Of a stretch of 64,000 nucleotides of DNA, positions 1 through 9,283 are shown one piece after another. Numbering within the stretch: position 1 is the first letter of the stretch; each line of letters starts with the position of its first letter. This DNA is from Myxococcota bacterium. GTDB taxonomy: Bacteria > Myxococcota_A > UBA796 > UBA2385. The stretch lies in NCBI GenBank assembly GCA_044344255.1, contig JBIJDH010000001.1, positions 543,604 through 607,603 of the forward strand, in the 5' to 3' direction. Under the pieces are notes generated by a model. It saw only the letters and a list, made by a program, of their open reading frames with translations, ran no database searches and was not told where the DNA came from. The position numbers were made by a program, and so were the translations under genes.

Positions 1-780
1 GAGTCCGAGAAGCTGGGAAAGCAGGATCGCGGCGCCATCACGAACATCTTCCCCCGCCCGCGGAATGTCCCTCGGACCTCCGGCACCGGCGCCAACGCGC
101 CCGGCGGCCTGGACACGGATTCCAACGGGCAGATCGCAGGGGACCTCCAATGGATCTACGAGCAGCGCACCCCTGACTTCATCGACCAGCTGCAGATCGA
201 CCAGTTCGCCGGCGGTGTGCGCATCAACATCATGGACGCAGAGGGGCGGCCCATCTTTGAGTCCGGCAGCGACACTCCGACCGCCGAGGGGCGGAAGCTC
301 CTCGAGGTGACCGGGGCCTACCTGCAGACCATCCGCCGCCGCGTCGCGATCGGCGGCCACACCGACACCACCCCCTATGCCTCGGCGGTCTACACCAACT
401 GGGAGCTCTCCGCGGCGCGCGCGTCCTCGGCGCGGCGGGTGATGCGCAGCGCGGGCTTCGACGAGTCCCGGCTGGTCCGCGTCTCCGGCTATTCCGACTC
501 CGATCCCTTCGTCGCCGACAAGCCAGCCGACCCTCGCAACCGACGCATCAGCATCACGATCTTCGACGGCAGCCTTGGCGCCAGCGGCTTCGAGGTCCCC
601 GAGCCCTTCAGCATCAACGACTACATCGCCGAGCACCCCTACCCCCCCGATGGAGAGAAGGCCCCGGTCGAGGCCACCCCGCCGGAGGGAGAGGCCGCGC
701 CCGAAGCCCCCGCCCCCGGAGGGGACGCGGCGCCACCCAGCGAGGCGCCCGCGGAAGGCGGCGAGGTCCAACCCCATTGA
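1..780 (+). CDS. motB: MotB/OmpA-like peptidoglycan-binding protein, 5'-partial
   Basis: Frame is open from base 1. OmpA/MotB motifs GHTD, NWELSAARA and RNRRI; Pro/Ala/Glu-rich tail. Confidence 0.75.
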   Translation, partial: ESEKLGKQDRGAITNIFPRPRNVPRTSGTGANAPGGLDTDSNGQIAGDLQWIYEQRTPDFIDQLQIDQFAGGVRINIMDAEGRPIFESGSDTPTAEGRKLLEVTGAYLQTIRRRVAIGGHTDTTPYASAVYTNWELSAARASSARRVMRSAGFDESRLVRVSGYSDSDPFVADKPADPRNRRISITIFDGSLGASGFEVPEPFSINDYIAEHPYPPDGEKAPVEATPPEGEAAPEAPAPGGDAAPPSEAPAEGGEVQPH

Positions 781-807
781 GGCGCGGCCTGCGCCGGTCG
801 TGCTGAC

Positions 808-3069
808 GTGAGCCTCCGCGCTCAGCTCCACCGGGCGGTGCCGGCGATCTGCTGGGCAGGGGTCACGGGGACGGGCGCGGCCCTGTGCTTCCTGCCGCTC
901 TTCTCCCTGCTCGGGATGGAGTCCTCGGCGGTGTCCGGGGTGGCGGTGGGGCTCGCGGCGATGGCGCTCACCCTGCGAAGGCTGGGCACGCCCTACACCG
1001 GCTCGCCAGCGGCGCTCTACTTCGAGCTCCTCCCGAAGAACCTCGCCCTCGTGCTGCCGCCCCTCTGCCTGCTCAGCCTGAACGCCCTGCGGGTGCGGAA
1101 CTGCGATCTCTCCATGGGGGTGGAGTTCTTCGCCCTGATCCCCGTCGTGTCGGTCGTCGTCGGGCAGACGATCGCCTGGGCCTCGGCGCGCCTGCTCTCA
1201 CGCGGGCGCTGGCTGCTCTGCGCGGGCGCGCTCCTGCTCGACGTCGGTGTCTTCCTCGAGCGACTCGCCAATGAGCCCCCGATCCAGGGCTTCAGTCTGC
1301 TCTTCGGCTGGTTCCCGGGCTCCATCTACGACGAGGCCCTCTCCGTCCCCGGCTCGCTCCGCTGGTACCGCCTCACCCTGCTCGGCGCCGCGGCCGCGGT
1401 CGTGCTCGCCGACGAGCTGCGCTTCCGCTGGCAGGAGCGCCGCCCCCACAAAGGCGCGCTGGCCGGCCTCATCGCCGTCACCCTCGTCACGGGCTGGGCG
1501 ATCCGACAGCGGCAGGCCCACGGCATCGGCCTCGATCACGCGGACGTCGAGCGGTCGCTCGGCGGCGAGCTCGAGACGGCCCACTTCGTCATCCACTACT
1601 CGGCCGGCGACATGAACCCCGAGTCGCTGCGCCTGCTCGCGCTCGATCACGAGTACCGATACAGCGAGCTCCTCACCTTCTTTGAGGAAGATCCGGTCGC
1701 CTGGCACGGCCGAAAGCTCGGCAGCTACGTCTACCCAGACCGCCAGAGCCAATCGAAGCTCATGGGCAGCAACGGCACCCTCATCGCCCGCCCTTGGACC
1801 GGCGAGATGCACATCCGCTGGGAGGGCTTCGGAGACACCAGCCTCGCCCACGAGCTCGCCCACCTCTTCACTGCCCCCTTCGGCGGCGGCCCGCTGCACC
1901 TCGCGACGGACGGCGGCCTAGCCGTCAACATCGGCCTCGTCGAGGGCATCGCGTTGGCCGCCGATTGGCCGCCCGACGAGCTCATGCCCCACGAGGCCGC
2001 CGCGGCGATGAAGCAGCTCGACATCATGCCCAACCTCCGCCCGCTGTTCCGGGTGGATGGGTTCTGGAGCCAGCCCGGCAACAAGGCGTACACCCTGATG
2101 GGCTCCTTCGTGCGGTGGCTCGTGGAGACTCAGGGGATCACGAAGTTCAAGGCGGTCTACGCGGAGGGAGACTGGACGGGGGTGTATGGCAAGCCGGCCC
2201 GTGAGCTCGTCAGCGACTGGGAGGCCTTCATCGACACGGTGCCGGTAGACGCCCAGCGCATCGAGCCGGCCCGCCAACGGTACTCCCGCAGCTCCATCTT
2301 CGAGAAGACCTGCGCTCGCACGATCGCCGATCTCACCCGCAAGTCGGGCGGGGCCGAGGGCCGGGGGGACTACGCCGAGGCCATCCAGATCCGAAAGGAG
2401 ATCCTCCGCTTCGAACCCAAGAAGACCGAGCATCTCATGGCCCTCTCCCGCCTCCTCGACAAGAGCGGCGACCGCGAAGGGGCCATCGCGGTCCTCGACC
2501 AGCTCCTCGAGCGGAAGCTCAAGGAGGCCCAGCGGATGAAGGTCCTCGAAGAGAAGGCCGACCTCCTCTGGAAGAGCGAGCACCCCGAGGAGGCGCGCGC
2601 CATCTACGCGGAGTGCGGGGCCGCCACCGACGGGGACAGCGCGCGCCGCCGCCTCGCCACCAAGTCCATCGCCGTCGAGCTCGCAGACCCCGCCCTGCGC
2701 GACCTCGCCGCCCGCTACCTGCTGGACGATGACGGGCGCGCGGTCTCGCTGTACCTCGCCCTCAAGTGGGCCGGCGCCGCCCCCGAAGATCCACTGCCCC
2801 GCTACCTCGTCGGCCTCCAGCTCTTCCATGCACAGGAGTGGGAGGACAGCATCGACTGGCTCAGCCGGGCCGCACACCAGCTCCCCACCGAGGCCCTCGA
2901 AGATCAGCGGCGGATCAGCCAGGCCGGGGCCCTCCTCCGCCTCGACCGAACCGCCGAGGCGATGGCGGTCTACGAGGAGCTCCTGGGCTCGAGCTCCTCC
3001 CTCGCCGTCGAGACCGGCCGGGAGGGTGTCCAACGCTGCCGTTGGGCCTTGGCCTCCGTCACGGAATAG
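808..3069 (+). CDS. Membrane protein with gluzincin-like metallopeptidase domain and C-terminal TPR-like repeats
   Basis: About 6 N-terminal hydrophobic segments, HELAH with downstream EGIA, helical TPR-like C-terminus. Confidence 0.65.
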   Translation: MSLRAQLHRAVPAICWAGVTGTGAALCFLPLFSLLGMESSAVSGVAVGLAAMALTLRRLGTPYTGSPAALYFELLPKNLALVLPPLCLLSLNALRVRNCDLSMGVEFFALIPVVSVVVGQTIAWASARLLSRGRWLLCAGALLLDVGVFLERLANEPPIQGFSLLFGWFPGSIYDEALSVPGSLRWYRLTLLGAAAAVVLADELRFRWQERRPHKGALAGLIAVTLVTGWAIRQRQAHGIGLDHADVERSLGGELETAHFVIHYSAGDMNPESLRLLALDHEYRYSELLTFFEEDPVAWHGRKLGSYVYPDRQSQSKLMGSNGTLIARPWTGEMHIRWEGFGDTSLAHELAHLFTAPFGGGPLHLATDGGLAVNIGLVEGIALAADWPPDELMPHEAAAAMKQLDIMPNLRPLFRVDGFWSQPGNKAYTLMGSFVRWLVETQGITKFKAVYAEGDWTGVYGKPARELVSDWEAFIDTVPVDAQRIEPARQRYSRSSIFEKTCARTIADLTRKSGGAEGRGDYAEAIQIRKEILRFEPKKTEHLMALSRLLDKSGDREGAIAVLDQLLERKLKEAQRMKVLEEKADLLWKSEHPEEARAIYAECGAATDGDSARRRLATKSIAVELADPALRDLAARYLLDDDGRAVSLYLALKWAGAAPEDPLPRYLVGLQLFHAQEWEDSIDWLSRAAHQLPTEALEDQRRISQAGALLRLDRTAEAMAVYEELLGSSSSLAVETGREGVQRCRWALASVTE

Positions 3070-3134
3070 CCACAGGACGCACCCCCAAGCCTCGGATATC
3101 CCCACCGGTCACTCGCGTCAGACCGGACCCCGCC

Positions 3135-5120
3135 ATGAGCGAAGAGCTCCAGATCCCACCGCTTCAGCTCCACGCCAAGGAGCCAGCCTCACGGGTCAGC
3201 CGCTGGCTTTTCAGCGGGACCTCGCTCGATCACCCGACCGAGCATCATGTCGGCCACCCCTGGCACAAGGTGCTGTGGCTGACCGGCGTCGACTACTTCA
3301 GCACCCTCGGCTACCAGCCGGGCATCGCGCTCCTCGCCGCGGGGGCCATCTCCCCGATCGCCACGCTGCTCCTCGTGCTGGTCACCCTCTTTGGGGCGCT
3401 GCCGATCTACCTCCAGGTCTCCCGCCGCTCCTTCGCCGGGCAGGGCTCCATCGCCATGCTGGAGACGCTGCTCCGGGGCTGGAAGTCGAAGATGCTGGTC
3501 TTGGTGCTGCTCGGCTTCGCGGCGACCGACTTCGTCATCACGATGACGCTCTCGGCCGCCGACGCCTCGCTGCACCTCGTCGAGAACCCCTTCCTGCACG
3601 GGATCATCGGCGATCACCAGTTCGGCATCACCCTCGTCCTGCTGCTGGCGCTGGCGGTGGTCTTCCTCGTCGGCTTCAAGGAGGCCATCGGCCTCGCCTC
3701 GGGGGTGGCGGTCCCCTACCTGCTGCTGAACGCCGTGGTGATCGCCAGGGGTCTCCAGGAGATCTACCAGCACCCCGAGCACTTCGAGACCTGGAAGCTC
3801 CACCTCGCCACCCAGGGCGACCTCACCGCGGTCCTCCTCGTAGCCGCCCTCCTCTTCCCCCGCCTCGCCCTCGGCATGTCGGGCTTTGAGACAGGGGTGT
3901 CGGTGATGCCCCTCGTGGACGGCGACCCCGACGACGCCGGCAAGCCCACCCCCGAGGGGCGGATCCGCAACACCGGCAAGCTGCTCTTCGCCGCCGCGGC
4001 GATCATGAGCGTGTACCTGCTGAGCTCAAGCTTCGTGACGACGCTGCTCATCCCGGAGGAGCTGTACCGCGAAGGGGGCCCCGCCTTCGGCCGCGCCCTC
4101 GCTTACCTCGCGCACACCTACCTCGGGCCGGTGTTCGGTAGCATCTACGACCTCTCCACCATCCTCATCCTCTGGTTCGCCGGCGCCTCGGCCATGGCGG
4201 GCCTGCTCAACATCATCCCGCGATACCTGCCGCGCTTCGGTATGGCCCCGAAGTGGATCGCCTGGGCCCGCCCGCTCGTCCTCGTGCTCTGCGCGATCAC
4301 CCTCCTGGTGACCTGGATCTTCGACGCCAACGTCGAGGCCCAGGCTGGGGCCTACGCCACCGGCGTCCTGGTGCTGATGACCTCAGCGGCGCTCGCCGTC
4401 GCGCTGGCCTTCCGCACCGAGGCAGCGAACAGCGAGGGGGCGGAGCGACGCGGATTCCGGATCCGCGCCCTCGCCTTCTCGCTGGTCACCGCCGTCTTCG
4501 TCTACACGCTGGCGGACAACGTGATGGAGCGCCATGACGGCGTGATCATCGCCGCCTTCTTCATCCTCGTGGTGCTGGGGGTCGGCGCCGCCAGCCGCAC
4601 CCTCCGCTCGACGGAGCTCCGTGTCGCCCACGGCACCTTCGCCGACGAGAAGTCCAAGGCCCTGTGGGCCAGCATGGTGAACAAGAAGGTGGCGCTGGTG
4701 CCGCTCCGCACCTCGAGCTCCCACGCTCGCCACAAGAAGGCCCAGGAGATCCGACGCCACTACAACGAAGGGCATCGCCTGGCCTTCCTCCACGTCAACC
4801 TCGCCGACAACCGCAGCGAGTTCGCCGCGCCCCTGCGCATCAAGGTCCGGAAGGAGGGAGAGGGCCGAGACTGCGACATGGTGATCGAGGTGTCCGGCGC
4901 GGTGGCTATCGCCAACACGATCGCCTACGTCAGCGAGCTCATCGACCCCATCAGCCTCTTCCTGGGCCTCACTCGCCAGAACTTGATGACGCAGGCCTTC
5001 AAGTATCTGCTCTGGGGAGAGGGGGAGACTGGCTTGATGGTCTACATGATCCTGCTCCGCCACTGGGACAGCACCCCCGAAGACGATGTCCGGCCGCTCA
5101 TCTTCCTGTGGAGCGAATAG
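3135..5120 (+). CDS. APC-superfamily (amino acid) transporter
   Basis: About 12 TM segments; LTGVDYFSTLGYQPGIA and GMSGFETGV motifs. ATG 3135 preferred over the track start at 2766. Confidence 0.8.
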   Translation: MSEELQIPPLQLHAKEPASRVSRWLFSGTSLDHPTEHHVGHPWHKVLWLTGVDYFSTLGYQPGIALLAAGAISPIATLLLVLVTLFGALPIYLQVSRRSFAGQGSIAMLETLLRGWKSKMLVLVLLGFAATDFVITMTLSAADASLHLVENPFLHGIIGDHQFGITLVLLLALAVVFLVGFKEAIGLASGVAVPYLLLNAVVIARGLQEIYQHPEHFETWKLHLATQGDLTAVLLVAALLFPRLALGMSGFETGVSVMPLVDGDPDDAGKPTPEGRIRNTGKLLFAAAAIMSVYLLSSSFVTTLLIPEELYREGGPAFGRALAYLAHTYLGPVFGSIYDLSTILILWFAGASAMAGLLNIIPRYLPRFGMAPKWIAWARPLVLVLCAITLLVTWIFDANVEAQAGAYATGVLVLMTSAALAVALAFRTEAANSEGAERRGFRIRALAFSLVTAVFVYTLADNVMERHDGVIIAAFFILVVLGVGAASRTLRSTELRVAHGTFADEKSKALWASMVNKKVALVPLRTSSSHARHKKAQEIRRHYNEGHRLAFLHVNLADNRSEFAAPLRIKVRKEGEGRDCDMVIEVSGAVAIANTIAYVSELIDPISLFLGLTRQNLMTQAFKYLLWGEGETGLMVYMILLRHWDSTPEDDVRPLIFLWSE

Positions 5121-5150
5121 GCTTGGCGAGGGCCGCGCGCCCGGAGGCCG

Positions 5151-5600
5151 ATGGTCCCACCTGCACCACACCCCGCCCCCCCCGGGCGCTCCCCGCAGGA
5201 ACGGCGGCTGAACCTCATCGCCGTCGGCCTCTTCGGCCTGATGCTCCTCGCGACGGCGCTCTTGTGGTCGCGGCTCCCCGAACGGATGCCGATCCACTGG
5301 GACCTCCGCGGGCGGGTCGACGGCACCGGCAGCCGCTGGACCGCCGTGCGCACGTTGCCGCTGCTCTCGCTGTGCAGCTGGGGGCTCGTGTACCTGATGC
5401 GGCGGGTGGAGCCCAACCGGAGCGCCCTCAGCGACACGGTAGACCGGGTGCTCATCGCGCTGCTCAGCCTCTTCGCCGCCACTCACCTCACGCTCCTGCT
5501 CTCGGGCCCTGTCCCCCTCACCTTCGCCGTCGGGCTCTCGGCCCTGTCGGCCTGGGCCGCCGTCACGATCTGGCGGGGAGCTCACCCGGAGCCGAAGTGA
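5151..5600 (+). CDS. DUF1648/SdpI-like membrane protein
   Basis: LPERMPIHWDLRGRVDG motif after TM1; 4 TM segments. Confidence 0.7.
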   Translation: MVPPAPHPAPPGRSPQERRLNLIAVGLFGLMLLATALLWSRLPERMPIHWDLRGRVDGTGSRWTAVRTLPLLSLCSWGLVYLMRRVEPNRSALSDTVDRVLIALLSLFAATHLTLLLSGPVPLTFAVGLSALSAWAAVTIWRGAHPEPK

Positions 5601-5628
5601 GCGGCCGGCCCCCGCCGCGTCACCTCGG

Positions 5629-7968
5629 TTGAGCCCGGCCCCCGCCGGCCGGCGCGTCGGACCAGCGGCGGCCGCGACGGCGCTGCTGCTCCTCCTGCTG
5701 ATCGGGCTGGTCCTCCCGCGGACTCGCCTCATCGAGCCCGTCCCCACCGTGCTCCTCGTCGATCGACACGGCGAGAAGCTCGCCGACCTGCCCGGCCCGG
5801 ACGGGGCCCTCGGCTACTGGCCGCTCGACTCCGCGCCCGATCGGGTCGCCGCCGCCACCCTCTGCCTCGAGGATCGTCGTTTCGCCGACCACCCGGGGGT
5901 CGATCCCCTCGCCCTGCTCCGCGCCGCGCGCCAGAACCTACAGGCCGGCGGCCGGATCTCCGGCGCCTCGACCCTCGCCATGCAGCTCGCCCGGATGCAG
6001 GCGCCCGGCCCGCGGACCTACCCCCGCAAGCTGCTCGAGGCCCTCGTCGCCATCGGCCTCACGGCACGCCACGGCCGAGATGGGGTGCTGCGGCAATACC
6101 TCCGCCTCGCCCCCTACGGCAACAACGTCCACGGCGTCGCCTACGCCGCCCGCTGGTACTTCGACAAGCCGGTCGGTGACCTCTCCTGGGCCGAGGTGGC
6201 CTTCCTCACCGCCCTCCCCCAGGCCCCGTCTCACACCAACCCCTTCGATCCCTCCGGGCGAGCCCGCGCGGTGGTCCGCGCCCGCCGCATCCTCCAGGCC
6301 CTCGAGCACGAGGGGCGCCTGAGCCCGATCGAGGGGGCCGCGGCCGCAGTCGATCTCGACCAGCTCGTGATCACCGACCGCCGCAGTCGACCCGCCGCGG
6401 CCTTACACCCGATCCTCCGCGCGGAGGCCGAGCTGCCCGAGCGGGGCCGCCCGCCGATCCTCCACAGCAGCCTCGATCTGGCCCTCCAGGAGGAGCTCCA
6501 GGCCCTGGTCTCGCACACCATCGCCCCATGGCGCAGCCGAGGGGCCGGCAACGCCGCCTTGCTCGTCGTCGACCGCGAGACCGCCGAGGTGCTCGCCGCG
6601 GTGGGCTCCGCAGACTGGGCCGACCCTGCGCACGCGGGCGCCATCGACTACACCCGCGTCCCTCGCAACCCGGGGAGCACCCTCAAGCCCCTCTTCTACG
6701 CGGCCGCCCTCGATGCAGGCGTCCTCTTCCCCTGGACGATCCTCGCCGACACCCGCCGCGCCCGGGGCGGCATCGGCAACGCGGACGGCGCCTTCCTCGG
6801 CCCCCTCCTGCCCCGGCAGGCCCTGGCGAACTCCCGAAACGTGCCCGCCGTCGAGGTGCTGGAGCGGCTCGGCCTCGAGCGCGGCTACGAGCTGCTCCGC
6901 CGCCTCGGCCTCCACAAAGGCGAGACGCCCGCGCGCACCTACGGCCTCGGCCTCGCTGTGGGCGCGCTGCCCGTCACGCTCGAGCAGCTCGTCACCGCCT
7001 ATCAGGGCCTCGCCGGAGACGGCCGCGCCCGCCCGCTCGTCTGGGAGGCCGGCCGCATCAGCACCCCCGGGGAGCGCCTGTGGAGCGAGGCCTCGGCGCG
7101 GCGCGTCGGGCTCTGGCTCTCCGATCCCCTCGCCCGGCTGCCCACCTTCCCCCGCATGGGGACCACCGAGTACCCCTTCCCCGTCGCGGTGAAGACCGGC
7201 ACCTCCGGGGATTACCGCGACGCCTGGGCCGTCGGTTGGTCGAGCCGGCTGCTCGTCGGCGTTTGGGTGGGGGACCCGGACTGGCAGCCGATGGCGCACC
7301 TCTCCGGCTTCACGGCCGCCGCCGACATCCTCCAGCGCGTGATGAACCGCCTGCACGCCCACGAGGCCCGCGGCGGCAGCGACATCGCCCCGCCCTCCCC
7401 CGAGGGCGCGCTCCCCGTCCGCCTCTGCGCCCTCAGCGGCCAGCGGGCCGGCCCCGCCTGTGATCGGGTGACCACCGAGCCGCTCGAGCCCGGGACGGGC
7501 CCGACCGAGCCCTGCCGCGTCCACCAGCGCCACCTCGTCGATCCGCACACCGGCGAGCTCGCCACCTCCGCCACCCGCCACCCTGTCCTCCGCACCTTCG
7601 TCGCGCTCGGCCCCGAGTACGCCGCCTGGCAGGCCCAGGCCGGGCTCCCCCGGCCGCCCGGCTCCACCCGCGGCCCCGAGGCGGCAGAGGCGCGCCCCCG
7701 CCTCCGCGTCCTCTCGCCCGACGACGGCGCCCGCCTGAGCCCCGACCCGGAGGCCCCGGCCGGTCAAAGCACGCTGTCCCTCGAGGCCAGCGTCGACACC
7801 GGCGCCGCGCAGCTCCTCTGGCTGGTCGACGGGGAGGCCCTCGCCGTCGTCGAGCCGCCCTATACGCTGCGCTGGCCCCTCACCGTGGGGGTCCACACCT
7901 TCGAGGTCGCCGTCCCTCGGACACCCTGGCGCTCGGCCCCGGTCACGGTCGTCGTGGAGCGGCCTTGA
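5629..7968 (+). CDS. pbpC: Penicillin-binding protein 1C
   Basis: Transglycosylase motifs EDRRF, GASTLAMQLAR and RKLLE; transpeptidase motifs STLK, SRN and KTG; PBP1C-type C-terminal domain. Confidence 0.85.
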   Translation: MSPAPAGRRVGPAAAATALLLLLLIGLVLPRTRLIEPVPTVLLVDRHGEKLADLPGPDGALGYWPLDSAPDRVAAATLCLEDRRFADHPGVDPLALLRAARQNLQAGGRISGASTLAMQLARMQAPGPRTYPRKLLEALVAIGLTARHGRDGVLRQYLRLAPYGNNVHGVAYAARWYFDKPVGDLSWAEVAFLTALPQAPSHTNPFDPSGRARAVVRARRILQALEHEGRLSPIEGAAAAVDLDQLVITDRRSRPAAALHPILRAEAELPERGRPPILHSSLDLALQEELQALVSHTIAPWRSRGAGNAALLVVDRETAEVLAAVGSADWADPAHAGAIDYTRVPRNPGSTLKPLFYAAALDAGVLFPWTILADTRRARGGIGNADGAFLGPLLPRQALANSRNVPAVEVLERLGLERGYELLRRLGLHKGETPARTYGLGLAVGALPVTLEQLVTAYQGLAGDGRARPLVWEAGRISTPGERLWSEASARRVGLWLSDPLARLPTFPRMGTTEYPFPVAVKTGTSGDYRDAWAVGWSSRLLVGVWVGDPDWQPMAHLSGFTAAADILQRVMNRLHAHEARGGSDIAPPSPEGALPVRLCALSGQRAGPACDRVTTEPLEPGTGPTEPCRVHQRHLVDPHTGELATSATRHPVLRTFVALGPEYAAWQAQAGLPRPPGSTRGPEAAEARPRLRVLSPDDGARLSPDPEAPAGQSTLSLEASVDTGAAQLLWLVDGEALAVVEPPYTLRWPLTVGVHTFEVAVPRTPWRSAPVTVVVERP

Positions 7969-7980
7969 ACCCCGCGCCGC

Positions 7981-8922
7981 TCACAGCGGCTTGCGGGCCA
8001 CCGCCATCCAGGCCCGGTTGAGGCGCCCCGCCACGGGGTGCTCGCGCAAGCGGCGCTCCCAGGCGAGGGCGGCGGCGACGTCGAGGGTGCCGGCCGCGAG
8101 CTCGAAGGGGCCGCTCATCGTGTAGTGGCTCGGCTGGAGCTCGATGAGCTCGAAGCGGCGCTCGAGCAAGGCGGCGAGCTCTGGACCCTCGTAGGTCCGC
8201 ACCCACCGGTCTCCCGTGACATGGACGACGCCGTCCCCCACCCAGGCCTCGAGGGTGTCGGCCGGCACGTCATTGGCGAAGACCCAGCCCCAGCGGGCCT
8301 CGACGCTGCACAGCAGGTAGCCACCGGGCTTCAAGAGCGCCCAGACGGCGTCGAGGATGCGCTCCGGCTCGGCCGAGTAGCAGAGGACCTCGGTGGCCAC
8401 CACGACATCGACGGGCTCCAAGGGCGGGAGCCGCTCGCCGGTGGTCCAGTGGGCGTCAAGGGCCCCCTTGCCCTGCTCGACCGCCGCGCTGACCGCCCGC
8501 CACAGGCTGCGAAGGTCGGGGTCGACCAGCTCCACCGTGCAGCCCTGGCCGAGCATCCAGACGCCCATCCGCCCGACGCCGCAGCCGAGGTCCATCGCGC
8601 GGCAGCCGGGCGGGATGAAAGGCGCCCAGCGCTCGAGGTAGATCTCTCGCTCCACCATCTTGACGTGATGGGACGGGGAGTCGGGATCGAGCAGCTCCAT
8701 CACCTCCTCGTGCTCATCCCAGAAGTGGGCGGCCCCGACGAGGTTCTCGAAGGCCGCCGTCGGGGCCTCACCGCCGCGGTGCAGGTCGAGCAGGCGCTCG
8801 TCTCCGGGGGGCATCTGAAAGCACACGTCCGCCCAGTCCTCGAGCTCGGCCGCCGCATAGGGCGGGCCAGGGGGCAGCGTGAGGCGGCTGCGCTTGGCGC
8901 CGCGCGCGTCCTTCAGGCTCAT
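7981..8922 (-). CDS. Class I SAM-dependent methyltransferase
   Basis: MDLGCGVG motif I and LLKPGG. Start placed at ATG 8922 (MSLKD), downstream of the terminator. Confidence 0.8.
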   Translation of the reverse strand: MSLKDARGAKRSRLTLPPGPPYAAAELEDWADVCFQMPPGDERLLDLHRGGEAPTAAFENLVGAAHFWDEHEEVMELLDPDSPSHHVKMVEREIYLERWAPFIPPGCRAMDLGCGVGRMGVWMLGQGCTVELVDPDLRSLWRAVSAAVEQGKGALDAHWTTGERLPPLEPVDVVVATEVLCYSAEPERILDAVWALLKPGGYLLCSVEARWGWVFANDVPADTLEAWVGDGVVHVTGDRWVRTYEGPELAALLERRFELIELQPSHYTMSGPFELAAGTLDVAAALAWERRLREHPVAGRLNRAWMAVARKPL

Positions 8923-8955
8923 CTTCCGCTCCCCCCGCCGCGCCCTGGCGGACCC

Positions 8956-8990
8956 AAAAAAAGACGGGCCACCCCGCGTGGGAGTGGCCC
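8956..8990 (-). terminator. Rho-independent terminator
   Basis: Minus strand reads GGGCCACTCC-CACGC-GGGGTGGCCC-GTC-TTTTTTT. Confidence 0.85.
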
Positions 8991-9007
8991 GGAGCACCAA
9001 AGCGGCC

Positions 9008-9079
9008 CTAGCTGGGCTTCTTCGGGCCCGGCTTGGGTCGGGGAGAGGGGCGCCAGCCCCGATTCGAGAGCTTGTTCAT
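9008..9079 (-). CDS. Putative 23-aa small protein or leader peptide MNKLSNRGWRPSPRPKPGPKKPS
   Basis: GGAGG 4 nt before the ATG; upstream promoter and downstream terminator. Below the ORF-track size cutoff. Confidence 0.5.
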   Translation of the reverse strand: MNKLSNRGWRPSPRPKPGPKKPS

Positions 9080-9109
9080 GATGCCTCCAGGCGGGAAGTG
9101 AGCACTGAC

Positions 9110-9138
9110 AACATGCCGGAGGGCGGGGCACCTGTCAA
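9110..9138 (-). promoter_or_regulatory. sigma70-type promoter TTGACA-N17-CATGTT
   Basis: Perfect -35 at 9133-9138, 17-nt spacer, weak -10 at 9110-9115. Confidence 0.55.
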
Positions 9139-9150
9139 GGAAGCCGGCGG

Positions 9151-9200
9151 CCCAACGGGGACGGTCGGGGACCACCGGAGGCCATCGGGGACTACCGGGG
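9151..9200. repeat. Five phased 10-bp units ending CGG(G/A)G
   Basis: cccaacgggg/acggtcgggg/accaccggag/gccatcgggg/actaccgggg. Confidence 0.6.
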
Positions 9201-9226
9201 ACCCCGATGCGCAGGGCCCCGATGTC

Positions 9227-9255
9227 TCGACCAAGGCCAGGACCGCAGATATAAT
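9227..9255 (+). promoter_or_regulatory. sigma70-type promoter TCGACC-N17-TATAAT
   Basis: Perfect -10 at 9250-9255, 4/6 match at -35; AGGAG RBS at 9274-9278 follows. Confidence 0.6.
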
Positions 9256-9283
9256 CGACCGTGCCACACGATCAGGAGCCAAG

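Noticed and set aside
9183..9224. CATCGG/CCGATG motif shared with the 60-kb array
   Set aside because: A 6-mer match is expected by chance in GC-rich DNA, and there is no other link.
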